Shown here: positions 17,595 through 27,580 of the stretch, one piece after another | Position numbering within the stretch: the stretch's first letter is position 1 | Layout: every line of letters begins with the position of its first letter | NCBI GenBank assembly: GCA_031550605.1 | Contig: JAVBOK010000018.1 | Span: 23,284-87,283 of the forward strand | Source of the DNA: Desulfovibrionaceae bacterium | GTDB lineage: Bacteria; Desulfobacterota; Desulfovibrionia; Desulfovibrionales; Desulfovibrionaceae | Reading direction: 5' to 3' | DNA length: 64,000 bases | Made by a program: the position numbers and the translations under genes | The notes under the pieces: generated by a model | Databases searched by the model: none | The model's input: the letters and a program-made list of their open reading frames with translations, nothing else | Told to the model about the DNA's origin: nothing

Positions 17595-18416
17595 ATGCTT
17601 GATTTCGTTGTGGATCGGGATCTGTGCGTCCGCTGCGGCAACTGCGTCGCCACCTGCAACCGGGGCGTTCTGGCCGACGACGGGGAAGGCGGCCCCCGGG
17701 TTCCCGCCGAATTCGAGACTCTGTGCAACTTCTGCGGCCACTGCAGCGCCGTGTGCCCGGCCGGGGCGATCGTTTCTCCCGGCTGCGGCGGCGAAAGGGC
17801 CATGCCCCTTCCCGCCGGAGCGCCGGTGGATTTCGCAGCCGCCGGCCGCTTCATCCTCTCCTGCCGGTCCATCCGCCGCTACACGGAAGAGCCTGTCGGC
17901 CGGGACGACATTCTGGAACTTCTCGACATCGCGCGCAGGGCGCCCTCGGGCGGCAACGCGCAGACCCTGCGCTGGATGGTGCTGCGGGGCGAAGACAAAG
18001 CCCGGCGTTTCACGGCCCTGAACATGGAATGGTTCGACACCGTGGTGCGGCGCGACCCGGAGCTCAGCCGCCGCTACAACGTGGACAGGCTGATGGCGCG
18101 CTACGAAAACGGCCATGATCCCATTCTGCGCGGCGCGTCCTGCGCGGTTTTCGCCCTGACCGACAAGAAAATGCCGTGGGGACCGGTGGACGCGGCCGTA
18201 GCCATGACCTATTTCTGCCTTGCGGCGCACGCCAAAAACATCGGCAGCTGCTGGTGCGGTTTCGGCATGCTGGCTGCCGCCTCGTATCCGCCCCTGCGCG
18301 AGTTTCTCGGCCTTGACGGCGATGCCGTGGTCGAGGCCATGGCCTTTTTCGGCCATCCGGCCGTCGAATACCACGCGGTCCCGCCGCGCAAGCCCCTGAA
18401 AATCTCCTGGCTGTGA
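17595..18416 (+). CDS. ferredoxin-nitroreductase fusion protein (2x[4Fe-4S] plus nitroreductase domain)
   Basis: ATG 17595 has AAGGAGG upstream. It has CVRCGNCVATC and CNFCGHCSAVCP cluster motifs, then a nitroreductase-like region (SCRSIRRYTEEPV...APSGGNAQ). Confidence 0.8.
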   Translation: MLDFVVDRDLCVRCGNCVATCNRGVLADDGEGGPRVPAEFETLCNFCGHCSAVCPAGAIVSPGCGGERAMPLPAGAPVDFAAAGRFILSCRSIRRYTEEPVGRDDILELLDIARRAPSGGNAQTLRWMVLRGEDKARRFTALNMEWFDTVVRRDPELSRRYNVDRLMARYENGHDPILRGASCAVFALTDKKMPWGPVDAAVAMTYFCLAAHAKNIGSCWCGFGMLAAASYPPLREFLGLDGDAVVEAMAFFGHPAVEYHAVPPRKPLKISWL

Positions 18417-18474
18417 CGCGCAGCGCGGCGGCGGACCCCGCTTTTCCGGAATATCCGAAGAGGAGCAGCGTCCC

Positions 18475-19707
18475 TCAACTTTTTTCCCCGGAACCGCCGG
18501 CCAGCAGCAGGCCCGCCGCGACGAACAGACTGGCGCCCGACAGGACGAAGGCCAGGAAAAAATCCTGCCCCCGCGCGGTAAATCCCGCCACAAAGGGGCC
18601 GATGATCTGGCCGGCGCCGTACAGCGCCGTCATGACCGCCACGGTGTGGGCGCTGGGCCTGCCGCTCAGGGCGACCCCGTATTGCAGCGACAGCATGGTG
18701 ATGCCCATGAAGGTGCCGCCGAGCAGCAGGCCGCTCGCCAGCGCGGCGGCCGGGGCGGATGACAGCACGGGCAGCAGCGCGCCCGCCCCTTGCAGCAGAA
18801 AAGCCGAAACCAGCATGCGCAGATATCCCCCGCGCGCGGCGTACCGCCATGCCGGCGTGCTGAGCGCGGCGGCGACCCCGGTGACGATCCATGACGCGCG
18901 GGCGATTTCCGGCGAATTGGTGGCGCTTTTCACCAGAGCGACCAGGAAGGTGGCGCCGATGATGTACCCGAAGCCTTCCAGAAAATAGGCCAGCAGCAAA
19001 ATGGCGTACCGCCTGCCTTGCCCGGGGTCCGGCCGCGCGTCCGGAGCCGGAGCCGGCCCTGCCGGAATCCGGTTCACGCCGGGGCGCAGGGCCACACAGG
19101 CCGCAAGCGCCGGAAGCAGGCAAAGGGCGGCCATGCCCGGCCACGCGGCGGCCGGGCCGCCCGCGCTTTCCAGCGGCCCCGCCGCGATCCCGCCCAGGGC
19201 TATGCCCGTCCCCACGCCGCTGTACAGAAGGCCCGCCAGAACAGGCCGGTTGCAGGCGGCCAGGGTATCCAGAACGATGGAAGAACACAGAACGAAGCAA
19301 GCCCCCGAAGCGAAACCGGCCGTAAAACGCAGGGCATGCCACGGCACGGGCGTCCGCGCCAGCCCCATCCCGGCCGTGCTGGCCAGACTGACGGCCAGAA
19401 ACGCCACAAAAAGCACATACCGGCGCAATCCGGGTTTTTCTCCACGCATGGCCAGCACCCCGGCCAGGTATCCCGCATAGTTCCAGGCCGCCATCATGCC
19501 GGCGACGTCCGCGCCGAAACCGTAGGCGTCCATCATGCCGGGCAGCAGCACCGTGTAGACGAAACGCCCGATCCCCATCACCACGACAAAGGCGCACAGG
19601 CCGCCGATCGCGGGCAGCATGCCGTTTCCGGGCAGCCGCGCCATGCCGCGCCCCGCAACCGGGAGCAAACCGCCGCCGATGCGCGCCGTGTTTTTATCCG
19701 CAGGCAT
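18475..19707 (-). CDS. MFS transporter (YbfB/YjiJ-like)
   Basis: ATG 19707 has GGAGGAGAG upstream. The protein has about 12 hydrophobic segments, with MGIGRFVYTVLLP near the N-terminus. Confidence 0.7.
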   Translation of the reverse strand: MPADKNTARIGGGLLPVAGRGMARLPGNGMLPAIGGLCAFVVVMGIGRFVYTVLLPGMMDAYGFGADVAGMMAAWNYAGYLAGVLAMRGEKPGLRRYVLFVAFLAVSLASTAGMGLARTPVPWHALRFTAGFASGACFVLCSSIVLDTLAACNRPVLAGLLYSGVGTGIALGGIAAGPLESAGGPAAAWPGMAALCLLPALAACVALRPGVNRIPAGPAPAPDARPDPGQGRRYAILLLAYFLEGFGYIIGATFLVALVKSATNSPEIARASWIVTGVAAALSTPAWRYAARGGYLRMLVSAFLLQGAGALLPVLSSAPAAALASGLLLGGTFMGITMLSLQYGVALSGRPSAHTVAVMTALYGAGQIIGPFVAGFTARGQDFFLAFVLSGASLFVAAGLLLAGGSGEKS

Positions 19708-19808
19708 CTCTCCTCCCCAACAGCAGGCTACGCTTCACATAGCGCAAAGTACAGCATTCCATACGTGCAATGCTGTACCGCAAAACCGCCTCTCGTGCGC
19801 GCGGCATC

Positions 19809-20540
19809 TCAAAAGAGCAGTTTGATTCCTCCCGCAAAAGCCAGACAGCGCATCAGAAGATTGAACGTCTCGCCGGGGATTCTGCGCATCACGAATACGC
19901 CGGCAACGGCGCCGGCGACAACGCAGGGAAACAGCATGGCGTTCACCTGGAAAGATCCCGGCGATATCAGGCCCAGGCTGGCGCTGAGCGGTATTTTGAC
20001 CGCGTTTATGATCAGGTAGAGCCAGGCGTTGGTGGCGACGAATTCCTCTTTGCCCATGTTCATGGCCAGCAGGTATACCATCATGGGCGGTCCCGCGGCA
20101 TTGGCCAGCATGGCCAGAACGCCGGCGACAAATCCGAGCGTCCGGGCAAACCAGCGGCTGCTTACGGGAATCGGCAGCTTGAACCGCTTTCGCGCCCAGT
20201 CCAGAATGAGAATGCCGATGACCAGGACGCCGAGCACCTGCCCGTACGCGGCATCCGCTATGCGGTCCATGAGGATGTAGCCGACAAAGACGCCGGAAAG
20301 CATTGCCGGAAGAACGGAAAGGATATGCCGCCAGACGGCCGATTTCCGCCAGTAGCAGACCGCCAGGATATCCGCGAAGAAAAGAAAGGGGAGAATATAG
20401 CCGGTTGAAAGCTTGGCCGGTATGACCATGGGCACGAGCACCACCGCGAGTATCGCAAGGCCCGGAACCCCCGATTTGGACGCTCCCGTGAAAAGGGCCG
20501 CCATCCCCAGCGCCGCCATTGCGGAAAGAGAAATATCCAT
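19809..20540 (-). CDS. TauE/SafE-family sulfite/anion exporter-like membrane protein
   Basis: A polytopic membrane protein of about 243 aa with internally duplicated Gly-rich helices (ASKSGVPGLAIL..., AGPPMMVYLL). Start chosen at ATG 20540. Confidence 0.65.
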   Translation of the reverse strand: MDISLSAMAALGMAALFTGASKSGVPGLAILAVVLVPMVIPAKLSTGYILPFLFFADILAVCYWRKSAVWRHILSVLPAMLSGVFVGYILMDRIADAAYGQVLGVLVIGILILDWARKRFKLPIPVSSRWFARTLGFVAGVLAMLANAAGPPMMVYLLAMNMGKEEFVATNAWLYLIINAVKIPLSASLGLISPGSFQVNAMLFPCVVAGAVAGVFVMRRIPGETFNLLMRCLAFAGGIKLLF

Positions 20541-20746
20541 GCATTCACCGTGTGTTGCTGTACCGGGTAAAAACCGCCATCCCGACGGCATGCGGCAGCG
20601 AAACCGATCCCCATCGCGCTGAAGCCGGGTTCGTCAAGGCGCGCGTGACAGCACGCTTGCTTTCTCCGGGGAAAAAATAGACCATGCGGTCAAAGACAAC
20701 AAGTACGCACATTTTTGTTGCTTGGGCACAAAAAGGGAACCGCGCC

Positions 20747-21109
20747 ATGGGGCACATACCGGACAATTTCACCGTGACCAAAAAACCGCACTGCGCCGTC
20801 GCGCTCTGTCTGGCCGTCATCAGCGGCAGATGGAACGGGATCGTCATCTACCACCTTCTCACCGGGACAAAACGGTTCAACGAACTGCGAAAGCTCATCC
20901 CCGACGTCACGCAACGGATGCTGACCGCCCAGTTGCGGGAGTTGGAAAAACGGGGAGTCGTCAGAAGGGAGGTCTTCCCGGTGATCCCGCCGCATGTCGA
21001 GTATTCGCTGACGGATTTCGGCAAAACGCTGGAACCGATTATCAGGAAAATTGAGGAATGGGGCCATCAATACCACGCCGAAGGAATGAAGAACGGCAAA
21101 GGCCTGTAG
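20747..21109 (+). CDS. HxlR-family winged-helix transcriptional regulator
   Basis: The sequence CAVALCLAVISGRWNGIVIYHLLTGTKRFNELRKLIPDVTQRMLTAQLRELEKRGVV..VEYSLT is the canonical HxlR pattern. The gene is divergent from the TauE-like gene. Confidence 0.82.
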   Translation: MGHIPDNFTVTKKPHCAVALCLAVISGRWNGIVIYHLLTGTKRFNELRKLIPDVTQRMLTAQLRELEKRGVVRREVFPVIPPHVEYSLTDFGKTLEPIIRKIEEWGHQYHAEGMKNGKGL

Positions 21110-21169
21110 AAAGGCACGGGACATACGCTGAACGCGGCGACAACCATCCAGACAACAGGGAGCCGGACG

Positions 21170-21499
21170 ATGGAAATGCATGCAATCCCCTTTGGCACGA
21201 CCGACTGGGAACAGGTCGAAACGACCGAGCACCCCGGCGAGAGCGGCAAGGCGCTGTGGCGCACCCGGCAGTTCGGCGCGATCCGCGTGCGCATGGTCGA
21301 ATACACGCCCGGCTATCTGGCCGACCACTGGTGCAGCAAGGGCCACATTCTTCTGTGCCTCAAGGGGGAACTGCACACCGAACTGGAAGACGGCCGCCGC
21401 TTTGTCCTTACTCCGGGCGTCGGCTACCAGGTCGCGGACAACGCCGAAGCGCACCGTTCCAGCACGGCCACGGGCGCGACCTTGTTCATTGTCGATTGA
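21170..21499 (+). CDS. DHCW-motif cupin-fold protein
   Basis: ATG 21170 has AGGGAG upstream. The 109-aa protein contains YLADHWCSKGHILLCLKGEL. Confidence 0.65.
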   Translation: MEMHAIPFGTTDWEQVETTEHPGESGKALWRTRQFGAIRVRMVEYTPGYLADHWCSKGHILLCLKGELHTELEDGRRFVLTPGVGYQVADNAEAHRSSTATGATLFIVD

Positions 21500-21521
21500 C
21501 CCTCCTCTCTGGCGAAGCCCG

Positions 21522-21543
21522 AAAGCCGCCGCATGGCGGCTTT
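21522..21543 (+). terminator. hairpin downstream of the cupin gene (possible terminator)
   Basis: AAAGCCGCC-gcat-GGCGGCTTT, with only a short T run. Confidence 0.4.
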
Positions 21544-21610
21544 GCAGCATCCGCTTTGCGGGTTCCGCGCATGGCGCAGGAAGGGGCCGGATTTCGCCCG
21601 GCCGTTATGG

Positions 21611-21637
21611 AAAAGGCCGCGGCGCATCGCCGCGGCC
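21611..21637 (-). terminator. rho-independent terminator of the fdhAB operon
   Basis: The minus strand reads GGCCGCGGCG-atg-CGCCGCGGCC followed by TTTT, 27 nt after the fdhB stop. Confidence 0.6.
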
Positions 21638-21663
21638 CTGCATGGTCCGGGCATTGCCCCGGA

Positions 21664-22401
21664 TTACCCGTGAACCCTGTCCTTTCCGCGCCGCAGAAAG
21701 CGGCCGGCCAGAAAATTCCGGCGATCCGGCCGGATCGGCTCCCCGGCATCGGTCAGGACCGCGTGTTTATGATAGACAAAGGGATCTTCCTGGTACAGAT
21801 AGATTGTCCGCACGTAATCGATGTTGCCGAGCACAGCCCCCGGCCAGCGCTTTTTGGCTTCTTCCAGGCGTTTGACGGCTTTTTCGCGCATATCCTTTTC
21901 GTCGCCGAAACTCATGCAGCCCGAGGGGCAGGTCAGCACGCAGGCCGGGGATAACCCCTCGGCGATGCGGTCCGGGCACATGTCGCATTTGGACAGCTGT
22001 CTGCTTTCCGCGTCCTGGCGCGGAATATCAAAGGGACAGGCCTGGCGTACAAAATCGCCGCTGACCTGTCGGGTCAGTTCCGTGAAGGTCACGGCCCCGG
22101 TTTTCGGATCCTGCAGGATGGCCCCTTCCTTTTCGGCGTCCGCGCTCATTTTGCAGGTTGGGTCCAGGCAATGCCGGCACTGCTCCGGAAAGAACAGCCA
22201 GCGCATGCCGCCGGCGGGGCCGGATCCCTTCTCGATGTAATGCACGGTTTTGTACGTGCTGTAGCTCAGATCCGGCGGGTTGGTGTGCGAGCCGGTATTG
22301 CGGGTCTTTTCCGCCGGGAGTTTCTTCCACTGTTTACAGGCGATCTGGCAGCCGCGGCAGCCGATGCACAAGGTCAGGTCAATACAGAACGCCAATCCCA
22401 T
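21664..22401 (-). CDS. fdhB: formate dehydrogenase iron-sulfur (beta) subunit
   Basis: ATG 22401 has AGGAGG upstream. Several ferredoxin-type Cys motifs are present (CIGCRGCQIACK, CRHCLDPTC, CDMCPDR, CVLTCPSGC). It lies immediately downstream of fdhA. Confidence 0.85.
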   Translation of the reverse strand: MGLAFCIDLTLCIGCRGCQIACKQWKKLPAEKTRNTGSHTNPPDLSYSTYKTVHYIEKGSGPAGGMRWLFFPEQCRHCLDPTCKMSADAEKEGAILQDPKTGAVTFTELTRQVSGDFVRQACPFDIPRQDAESRQLSKCDMCPDRIAEGLSPACVLTCPSGCMSFGDEKDMREKAVKRLEEAKKRWPGAVLGNIDYVRTIYLYQEDPFVYHKHAVLTDAGEPIRPDRRNFLAGRFLRRGKDRVHG

Positions 22402-22410
22402 GACTGCCTC

Positions 22411-25400
22411 CTATGCCTTCTCTATGTTGACCATGAAAGCCTTGGTCTCCGGTATGCCCACGTTGGGGTCGCCCACCGCCAGCGACAGCAAATTGGCGGA
22501 ATCGCCCCCGTCCTTGGGGGCAAGCCAGCCGTACTGCCAGGAGAGTCCCACCAGATGGACTTTTCTGCCGTTGCTCATGAAAGGCCGGATGCGTTCCGTC
22601 ACCATGGCGACAGCCGTCATGGAGCCGCGCGGGCTGGTGATGCGCGCCATGTCCCCGTTCTTGATGCCTTTGGCTTTTGCCAGTTCGGGGTCTATTTCGG
22701 TGTACACCTGCGGTTCCGCCTCAAGCAGCCAGGAACTTTGCCGCGTCATGGTCCCTGTCTGCCATTGTTCCGTAAGGCGGTAGGTGGTGCAGACGCAGGG
22801 GAAGCGCGGATCATCCACCACGAACGTTTCGCCCTTGGCGATATAGGCCGTGGGGTTGATGCGCTGCGTCGAAAACCCGTGCTTTTTGAACGGCGATTCC
22901 ACCGGCTCGTAAAACTCGGGGAAAGGCCCGTCCAGCAGGCCTGGGCCGTACAAAGCGCCCAGTCCGTGCACCTGCATGATAAAAGGATGCCGGGTGCCGG
23001 GGTCGCCGCCGCCGTCCACCACGTCGCCGATCCAGGCGCCGTCCCGCCACTGGATGACGGCTTTTTCCGGATTCCAGGGCCTGCCGTTTTTGTCCACCGA
23101 GGCCCTGTTGTACATGATGCGGCGGTTGGCGGGCCAGGAATAGCTCCAGTTGGCGGAAATGCCTATGCGCTCCTGCTCGGGAGAGCGTCTGGGGTCGCGT
23201 CTGGCCATCATGTTGCCCTGGTCCGTCCATGACCCCCCATGCAGCCAGTTGCCGCACGCGGTGGAGCCGTCGGCCTGCAGAAGGGCGAAGCCGGGCACCT
23301 GTTGCCCGGCCTTGTACGCCTTGCCGTCAATGTTCACATCGCGCACAAAGGTGCCGTTCAGAAGTTTGGCCACCTTGGCCGGCGAGAATTCTTTGCCCTC
23401 TTTCCAGCTGTCAAGGCCGAAATGCCCGAGCGGCGCGGGGAAGGCCCCGCCCCTGGCGGCGTACATGGCCCGCAGCCGTTCGCCGAGGGCGAGCAGCATC
23501 CGGCCGTCCGTCCATACCCCGTCGCGCGGGGGCACGGTCTGGGACCTCCACTGGATCCAGCGGCCCGAATTGGTGATGGAGCCGTCTTTTTCCACGTCCG
23601 TGGCGCAGGGCAGCAAAAAGACCTCCGTATCCACGGTTTCGGGATCCACGCCCGGACCGTGCCAGAACGAGGCCGTTTCATTGTCAAAAAGATTGACGCT
23701 CACCAGCCATTCGAGTTTTTCCAGCGCCTTGCGGTTTTTGCCGGCGTTGGCTCCGCCGCAGGCCGGGTTCTGACCCCAGGCGAAAAGCCCCTTGACCTCG
23801 CCGGCCAGCATCCGGTCAAAAACGGCCATCCAGAAATACTCGGTCATCTTTTTGCCGTTATCCACCTTGGGCATAAGCCCGTACGCTTCTTCAGGGGTCA
23901 GATCCGGGTACATGGCCTTCAAAAAGCTCGCCACATACCTGGGCCGGTTCTGCCACCAGTTGACGCTCATCGGGTCGTTGGAAACCGGCGTCATGGCCTT
24001 GTTGTACGCGGCCAGATCCGCAAGGCCGCTGTGCGGCAAAGGCAGATAGCCGGGCCAGCTTTCGGTGAGCACGCCCTGGTCGGTTGCGCCCTGCACGTTC
24101 GATTCGCCGCGCAAAGCGTTTACTCCGCCGCCGGCCACGCCCACGTTGCCGAGCAGAAGCTGGATGATGGCCATGGCCCGGATGTTCTGCACGCCCACGG
24201 TGTGCTGCGTCCAGCCCAGCGCGTACATGACGGTGCCGGCCTTGTCCGGTTTGCCGGTGGCGGCAAAGGCCTTGTACACCTTTTCTATGTCGGCTTCGGA
24301 GCAGCCCGCCGCCGTCGCCGCCGCCTGCAGCGTATACCGCTCAAAGTGCGCCCTGAGCAGGTTCAACACGCAGCGGGGATTCCGGAAATCCGGGTCGCGC
24401 CGGGGCACGCCCTTTTCATCCGTCTCAAAGGCCCAGAAACTTCTGTCGTAGCGTTGCGCCTTCGGATCATAGCCGGAGAAAAGACCGTCCTTGAACCCGT
24501 ACTTGCTTCCCACGATCAGCGACGCGTTGGTATAGTCGCGCAGGTATTCGGCGAAATACAGTTTGTTGTCGAGAATGTACTTGATCATGCCGCCCAGGAA
24601 GGCGATGTCGGTGCCCGAACGAAGCGGCACATGAAAATGCGCCTTGGCCGAGGTACGGGTGAAACGGGGGTCCACGTGAATGAGCGTGGCGCCGCGTTCC
24701 ACCGCCTTCAGCACCCATTTGAAGGAAATGGGGTGGTTTTCTGCGGGATTGGAGCCCATAATCAGCACACAGTCACTATTGGCGATGTCCTGCCAGTGGT
24801 TGGACATCGCCCCGCGTCCGAACGACTCTCCCAGAGCCGGTACGGTGGAGCTGTGTCAGAGACGGGCCTGATGCTCTATATACACGACGCCGAGAGAACG
24901 CATCAGCGCCTGGATGGCCCAGGACTCCTCGTTGTCCATGGAAGAGGTGCCGAACGAGGCGATGCCCAGCGTGCGGTTGACCTTTTCGCCTCCGGCGTTC
25001 TTTTCGGTGAAGGTGGCGTCGCGCGTGGCCTTGATGTTGGCCGCTATGCGGTCCATGGCCCAGTCCCACTCCACCTCTTTCCATTCCCCGGATTTCGGGG
25101 CGCGGTACAGGGGTTTGACGGGCCTGGCCCGGTTTTCCACGATCTGCCAGAAACCCGCGCCCTTGGCGCACAGCGAGCCTTCATTGATCGGGTGATCCGG
25201 GTCGCCCTCAAGATTGAGCACCCGGTCGGTGCCGTTTCCCGCGGCCCTGTCGCCGGCATTGACCATGATGCCGCAGCCCACGGCGCAATAGCAGCAGATT
25301 GAGGGGGTCTGTTTCGTCCATTTCAGACGGGCGATGTCCGCCCTGGCGGCCACCGCGTCGAAATTGAACGGCAGGCCTGAAAAGGCTGTTGCCAGCGCGG

Positions 25401-25443
25401 CGCCCGCGCCGGTCTTGAGCAAAGTTCGCCGAGTGATGCTCAT
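22411..25443 (-). CDS. fdhA: periplasmic formate dehydrogenase catalytic (alpha) subunit, selenocysteine-containing, Tat-exported
   Basis: ORFs 24856..25467 and 22411..24807 are in the same frame and are separated only by TGA at 24856..24858 in the context EHQARL-U-HSSTVPALGESFG, the classic Sec site of molybdopterin formate dehydrogenases. It has a twin-arginine signal (SITRRTLLKTGAG). ATG 25443 has AGGAGG upstream. Confidence 0.88.
24800..24855 (-). promoter_or_regulatory. expected position of the bacterial SECIS stem-loop
   Basis: This is the mRNA immediately 3' of the UGA: CACAGCUCCACCGUACCGGCUCUGGGAGAGUCG... It can pair CUCC..CCG/CGG..GGAG by eye. The fold was not computed. Confidence 0.4.
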
Positions 25444-25635
25444 AAGACGCCTCCTGGGGGAATTCACGCTTGGGGTTTGGCAAAAACTTCAGGGCGTTCG
25501 TCGCCCCGAAAGGTTTTCCAATACTCCCAATAGGCTTCAAGAAAAAGGAAATCAACTATTACTATTTTTCTGTACATATTTTTTCATTCTTCTATATTTC
25601 ACATGCCCGTACCGCCACCCCCGCGAGGAAACACC

Positions 25636-26529
25636 ATGCCCGACACTCCGTTCGCCGCGTCCGACGGAAAATTCAGAGCGCTGGACCAGGCTTGCTGGCT
25701 GCCGCCGGAACTCGTGGAACTGGCAAAGCGCGTGCATTCCGCCCAGGGGCGCGCGGCGCTTTCTTTTGCCGGCGATCTCCCTTTCGGGCGTCCGCCGGTC
25801 ACGGTTACGGACGAACAGCACCGGCAGGGCTCGCCGCTGCTGCCGCGCCGGGATTTCCCCGCCGGTTCGCCACGGGCGCAAGCCCTGCTGCGCGCCATCC
25901 AGGGCATGCTCAGCCGCCTGGGCGGGCCGTTCAAGGACGCTTCCCGGCGCTTCGGCAGGCTGAAGGCGAAAGGCCGCATCAGCGCCGAGGAACTGTTCCG
26001 CGCGCATCTGGATGAAGACGCCGGATGGTTCGAGCGGCACCAGCCGGCTTTCACCCAAGTTCCCGGCCTGCCGCGCTTTCTGGCTCAAAGCGCCATGAGT
26101 CCCTTTGCGCACGCGCTCACGCAAAGCATTTCCCACAGCGGCGGGCACGATCCGGCTTCAATCTGGACTTACGGGCACTGTCCGCATTGCGGCTCCCACC
26201 CGTTCATCGGAGAACTGCGCGGGCCGGAGGGCATGCGGCTGCATGCCTGTTCCTTCTGCCTGCTCGTTTATCGGGCGAAACGCCTGCAGTGCCCTTTCTG
26301 CCTTGAAGAGGATGCGGACAGACTCGCCTTTTTCACCGCGGATACCGAACCGGGGTATCAGGTCCACATTTGCCGTTCCTGCACGGGCTACATCAAGCTG
26401 GCGGATTTCCGCGGCAAAGACTCCGCCGGATTCGTGCCCGCGCTGGACGATCTGCTTTCGCTGCCGCTGGACATGCTGGCGGCCAAAGAAGGCTTTCGGC
26501 GCCCCGCCGCCTCGGCCTGGGGGTTCTGA
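25636..26529 (+). CDS. fdhE: formate dehydrogenase accessory protein FdhE
   Basis: ATG 25636 has GAGGAA upstream. It has four CxxC pairs (CPHCGS, CSFCLL, CPFCLE, CRSCTG), typical of FdhE. The gene is divergent from fdhA. Confidence 0.8.
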   Translation: MPDTPFAASDGKFRALDQACWLPPELVELAKRVHSAQGRAALSFAGDLPFGRPPVTVTDEQHRQGSPLLPRRDFPAGSPRAQALLRAIQGMLSRLGGPFKDASRRFGRLKAKGRISAEELFRAHLDEDAGWFERHQPAFTQVPGLPRFLAQSAMSPFAHALTQSISHSGGHDPASIWTYGHCPHCGSHPFIGELRGPEGMRLHACSFCLLVYRAKRLQCPFCLEEDADRLAFFTADTEPGYQVHICRSCTGYIKLADFRGKDSAGFVPALDDLLSLPLDMLAAKEGFRRPAASAWGF

Positions 26530-27284
26530 TGCACGGCAAAAACTCCTGCGATGCGGCCCGCATCCGGCAGTGGCATGACGGCGCGTGGATCACGACCGAA
26601 GATTCCGTGGCGCATGAAATACGGCTTGTCGTCGAGCATGAGGGTGAAAAGCGCCCGCTGTGGTCCAGGCCGCAGGAACTCAAAGAGCTGGCCCTGGGAA
26701 ACGTGCTGCTGGAACGGGGATTGCCCCCCCGCGGTCCCGCGTTTTTTCCCGCGCCGGAGCATATTGCGCTTGAAGAGGAGCGCGATGGCGAAGCCCCCCT
26801 GGTGCGGGTGCGGTTCACCGGCCCGCGCGGCAAGCGCGCGGCGAAAGCCGAACCCGGTTCGGCGCGGGCTTCCGCCCTGCTTGGGCACATGCGCGGTTTT
26901 CTCGATGCGCCGGGCCTCTGGGCCGGCACCGGATGCTCGCACCGGGCCGCCCTGCTGCGCCTTGATCCGGACGGCGCGCAGGCCAGGATCGCGCTGCTTG
27001 TTGAAGACATCGGCCGCCACAACTGCCTGGACCGCCTGGCCGGCCACGCCGCCCTGAACGGCCTTGTCCCGGGCGAACACGCGCTGCTGACCACGGCCCG
27101 CCTGACCGCCAGCCTGTACGCCAAAGCGCGCAGGCTCGGGGTCGCCTTCATGGTCAGCCGGGCCGCCATCACGAAAGTCGCGCTGCATGAGGCCCCCAAA
27201 GAGGGCGTCACCCTGGTGGGGTTCTGCCGCCCGGCGGAAAAACGGCTGACCGTCTTTTCCGATTCCATGGGACGGGTAGTCTGA
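26529..27284 (+). CDS. fdhD: formate dehydrogenase accessory sulfurtransferase FdhD
   Basis: The start overlaps the fdhE stop (TGATG). It contains the IGRHNCLDRLAG motif with the catalytic Cys region. Confidence 0.82.
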   Translation: MHGKNSCDAARIRQWHDGAWITTEDSVAHEIRLVVEHEGEKRPLWSRPQELKELALGNVLLERGLPPRGPAFFPAPEHIALEEERDGEAPLVRVRFTGPRGKRAAKAEPGSARASALLGHMRGFLDAPGLWAGTGCSHRAALLRLDPDGAQARIALLVEDIGRHNCLDRLAGHAALNGLVPGEHALLTTARLTASLYAKARRLGVAFMVSRAAITKVALHEAPKEGVTLVGFCRPAEKRLTVFSDSMGRVV

Positions 27285-27580
27285 AAAGGGGCCGGAACGT
27301 ATCGGGACCGGGACCGGCCCCGGCACCGCCGGCGCGGGGGGCCCGACTCCGCCGCCCGGACAAAATCGCTGTTCCCGTCCGGACACCCTCGATATCCTCG
27401 AGATACCGTGCCGCCAGCCGGAAAAACGCGCAGATCCCCCTCTCCGGGGCGGCTCGCTTTTTTCGCGGGATGCGGGTACGCTGCCCCACGATTCCTATCG
27501 ACCGGAAAGCTTCATGCCGGTTTGCGCATCCGATTTTCCACGCAAACGGCATGCCTGACAGCACGCCAAGGAGCTTCGCC

